Positions 63,538 through 64,000 of a stretch of DNA of 64,000 bases are shown here, piece by piece. Under the pieces are notes generated by a model that saw only the letters and a program-made list of their open reading frames with translations, searched no databases and was not told the DNA's origin. How positions within the stretch are numbered: position 1 is the first letter of the stretch; each line of letters begins with the position of its first letter. The position numbers were made by a program, and so were the translations under genes. The DNA is from Candidatus Coproplasma stercorigallinarum (GTDB taxonomy: Bacteria; Bacillota; Clostridia; Christensenellales; Borkfalkiaceae), in the NCBI GenBank assembly GCA_018712655.1, contig DVGQ01000019.1, forward strand, positions 856 through 64,855, read 5' to 3'.

Positions 63538-64000
63538 TTATTTCCTCCTGTTTATTTTATCGTCATCGAGCACAAGCACGAGTCTTATACCCGCCGTAAA
63601 CTGATTGTTTTCAAAATTGACGTATCCCGTAAGCGGGCGGTTGGTCGAGTTATACAAAAGCAGATTGCCGCTGCCGTCCTTCACCCAGAATGCGCGCAGG
63701 CTTTGCGTGCGGCGGCTGTCGGCATAGTCGGTGGGAACTGCGGGGCCTATAACTTCGCCGAACTTGTCGATGAGCGATTTTTCGATAAGCCGCAGACCTA
63801 CAACCGATTCCTCCCCTTCAATGCCGAATTTTTTTGCCTCTATGTCCTCTATTGCAGAATAATCTATAAAATCAAGGCAATATCTGGAAACAAAATACAG
63901 AAGATTTTTATCGCGGCTGAACATATCCCATACTATCGGAACAGCTTTTTCGCCGTCGCTCTGAGGATATTCGCCGAGGCTGTATTCGCGGAGCTTTCCG
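63538..64000 (-). CDS. Uncharacterised protein, C-terminal part (gene continues beyond the right edge)
   Basis: The frame stays open from 63925 to base 64000 (...GKLREYSLGEYPQSDGEKAVPIVWD before the listed Met). The stop lies 3 nt before the next gene's ATG, so this is the upstream member of the same operon. Confidence 0.45.
   Translation of the reverse strand, partial: GKLREYSLGEYPQSDGEKAVPIVWDMFSRDKNLLYFVSRYCLDFIDYSAIEDIEAKKFGIEGEESVVGLRLIEKSLIDKFGEVIGPAVPTDYADSRRTQSLRAFWVKDGSGNLLLYNSTNRPLTGYVNFENNQFTAGIRLVLVLDDDKINRRK

Noticed and set aside
1-64000. Search for rRNA, tRNA, CRISPR arrays, integrases, transposases and terminal inverted repeats.
   Set aside because: No cloverleaf-like or rRNA-like stretch, no regularly spaced identical repeats of 25-40 nt, and no recombinase motifs in any frame. 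The boundaries of the putative island therefore cannot be defined from this window.

Overview
64-kb window from a moderately GC-rich Gram-positive-type anaerobe. GGAGG-type ribosome-binding sites and a HydABC hydrogenase suggest a Clostridia-like gut organism; that placement is inference. Nearly all genes are on the minus strand. All domain calls were made by eye from the ORF translations, with no HMM or database search. I found no rRNA, tRNA, CRISPR array, integrase or transposase. (1) 1-22.6 kb is mostly ordinary. It holds a partial MATE exporter, the hydCBA bifurcating [FeFe]-hydrogenase operon, a heterodimeric ABC exporter pair with MarR, an OmpR-type two-component system, a GT4 glycosyltransferase and a Sel1-repeat protein. 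It also holds a glucuronide locus (uxuB-uxuA-GPH transporter, AraC, GH2 beta-glucuronidase with the N-x-K motif), TraX and rfbB. (2) 22.6-48.4 kb is a repetitive glycan locus built around four large GH3 enzymes. In all four the catalytic barrel lies at the C-terminal end (reversed domain order) and a C-terminal TM tail is present. The locus also has small polytopic membrane proteins, two CBM-like lipoproteins, an MFS transporter, two intact AgrC-like kinase/LytTR regulator pairs and one decayed kinase/LytTR chimera. Three GH3 promoters share the architecture LytTR-type direct repeats, then 10 nt, then the -35 element. (3) 48.7-64 kb is a candidate defence island, and its right half has visibly lower GC. 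It encodes a TIR protein, a translationally coupled GNAT, a SLOG-SLATT-like membrane protein, an HD-RyR-SLOG protein, a TM-Rossmann-RyR protein and a PPP phosphoesterase. Next to it is an uncharacterised operon (unknown / 671 aa / ParA-like ATPase / 960 aa with C-terminal GNAT) that runs off the right edge. The TIR + SLOG combination resembles Thoeris logic but with effector architectures that are, to my knowledge, not experimentally described. This is the best candidate for a novel system in the window.
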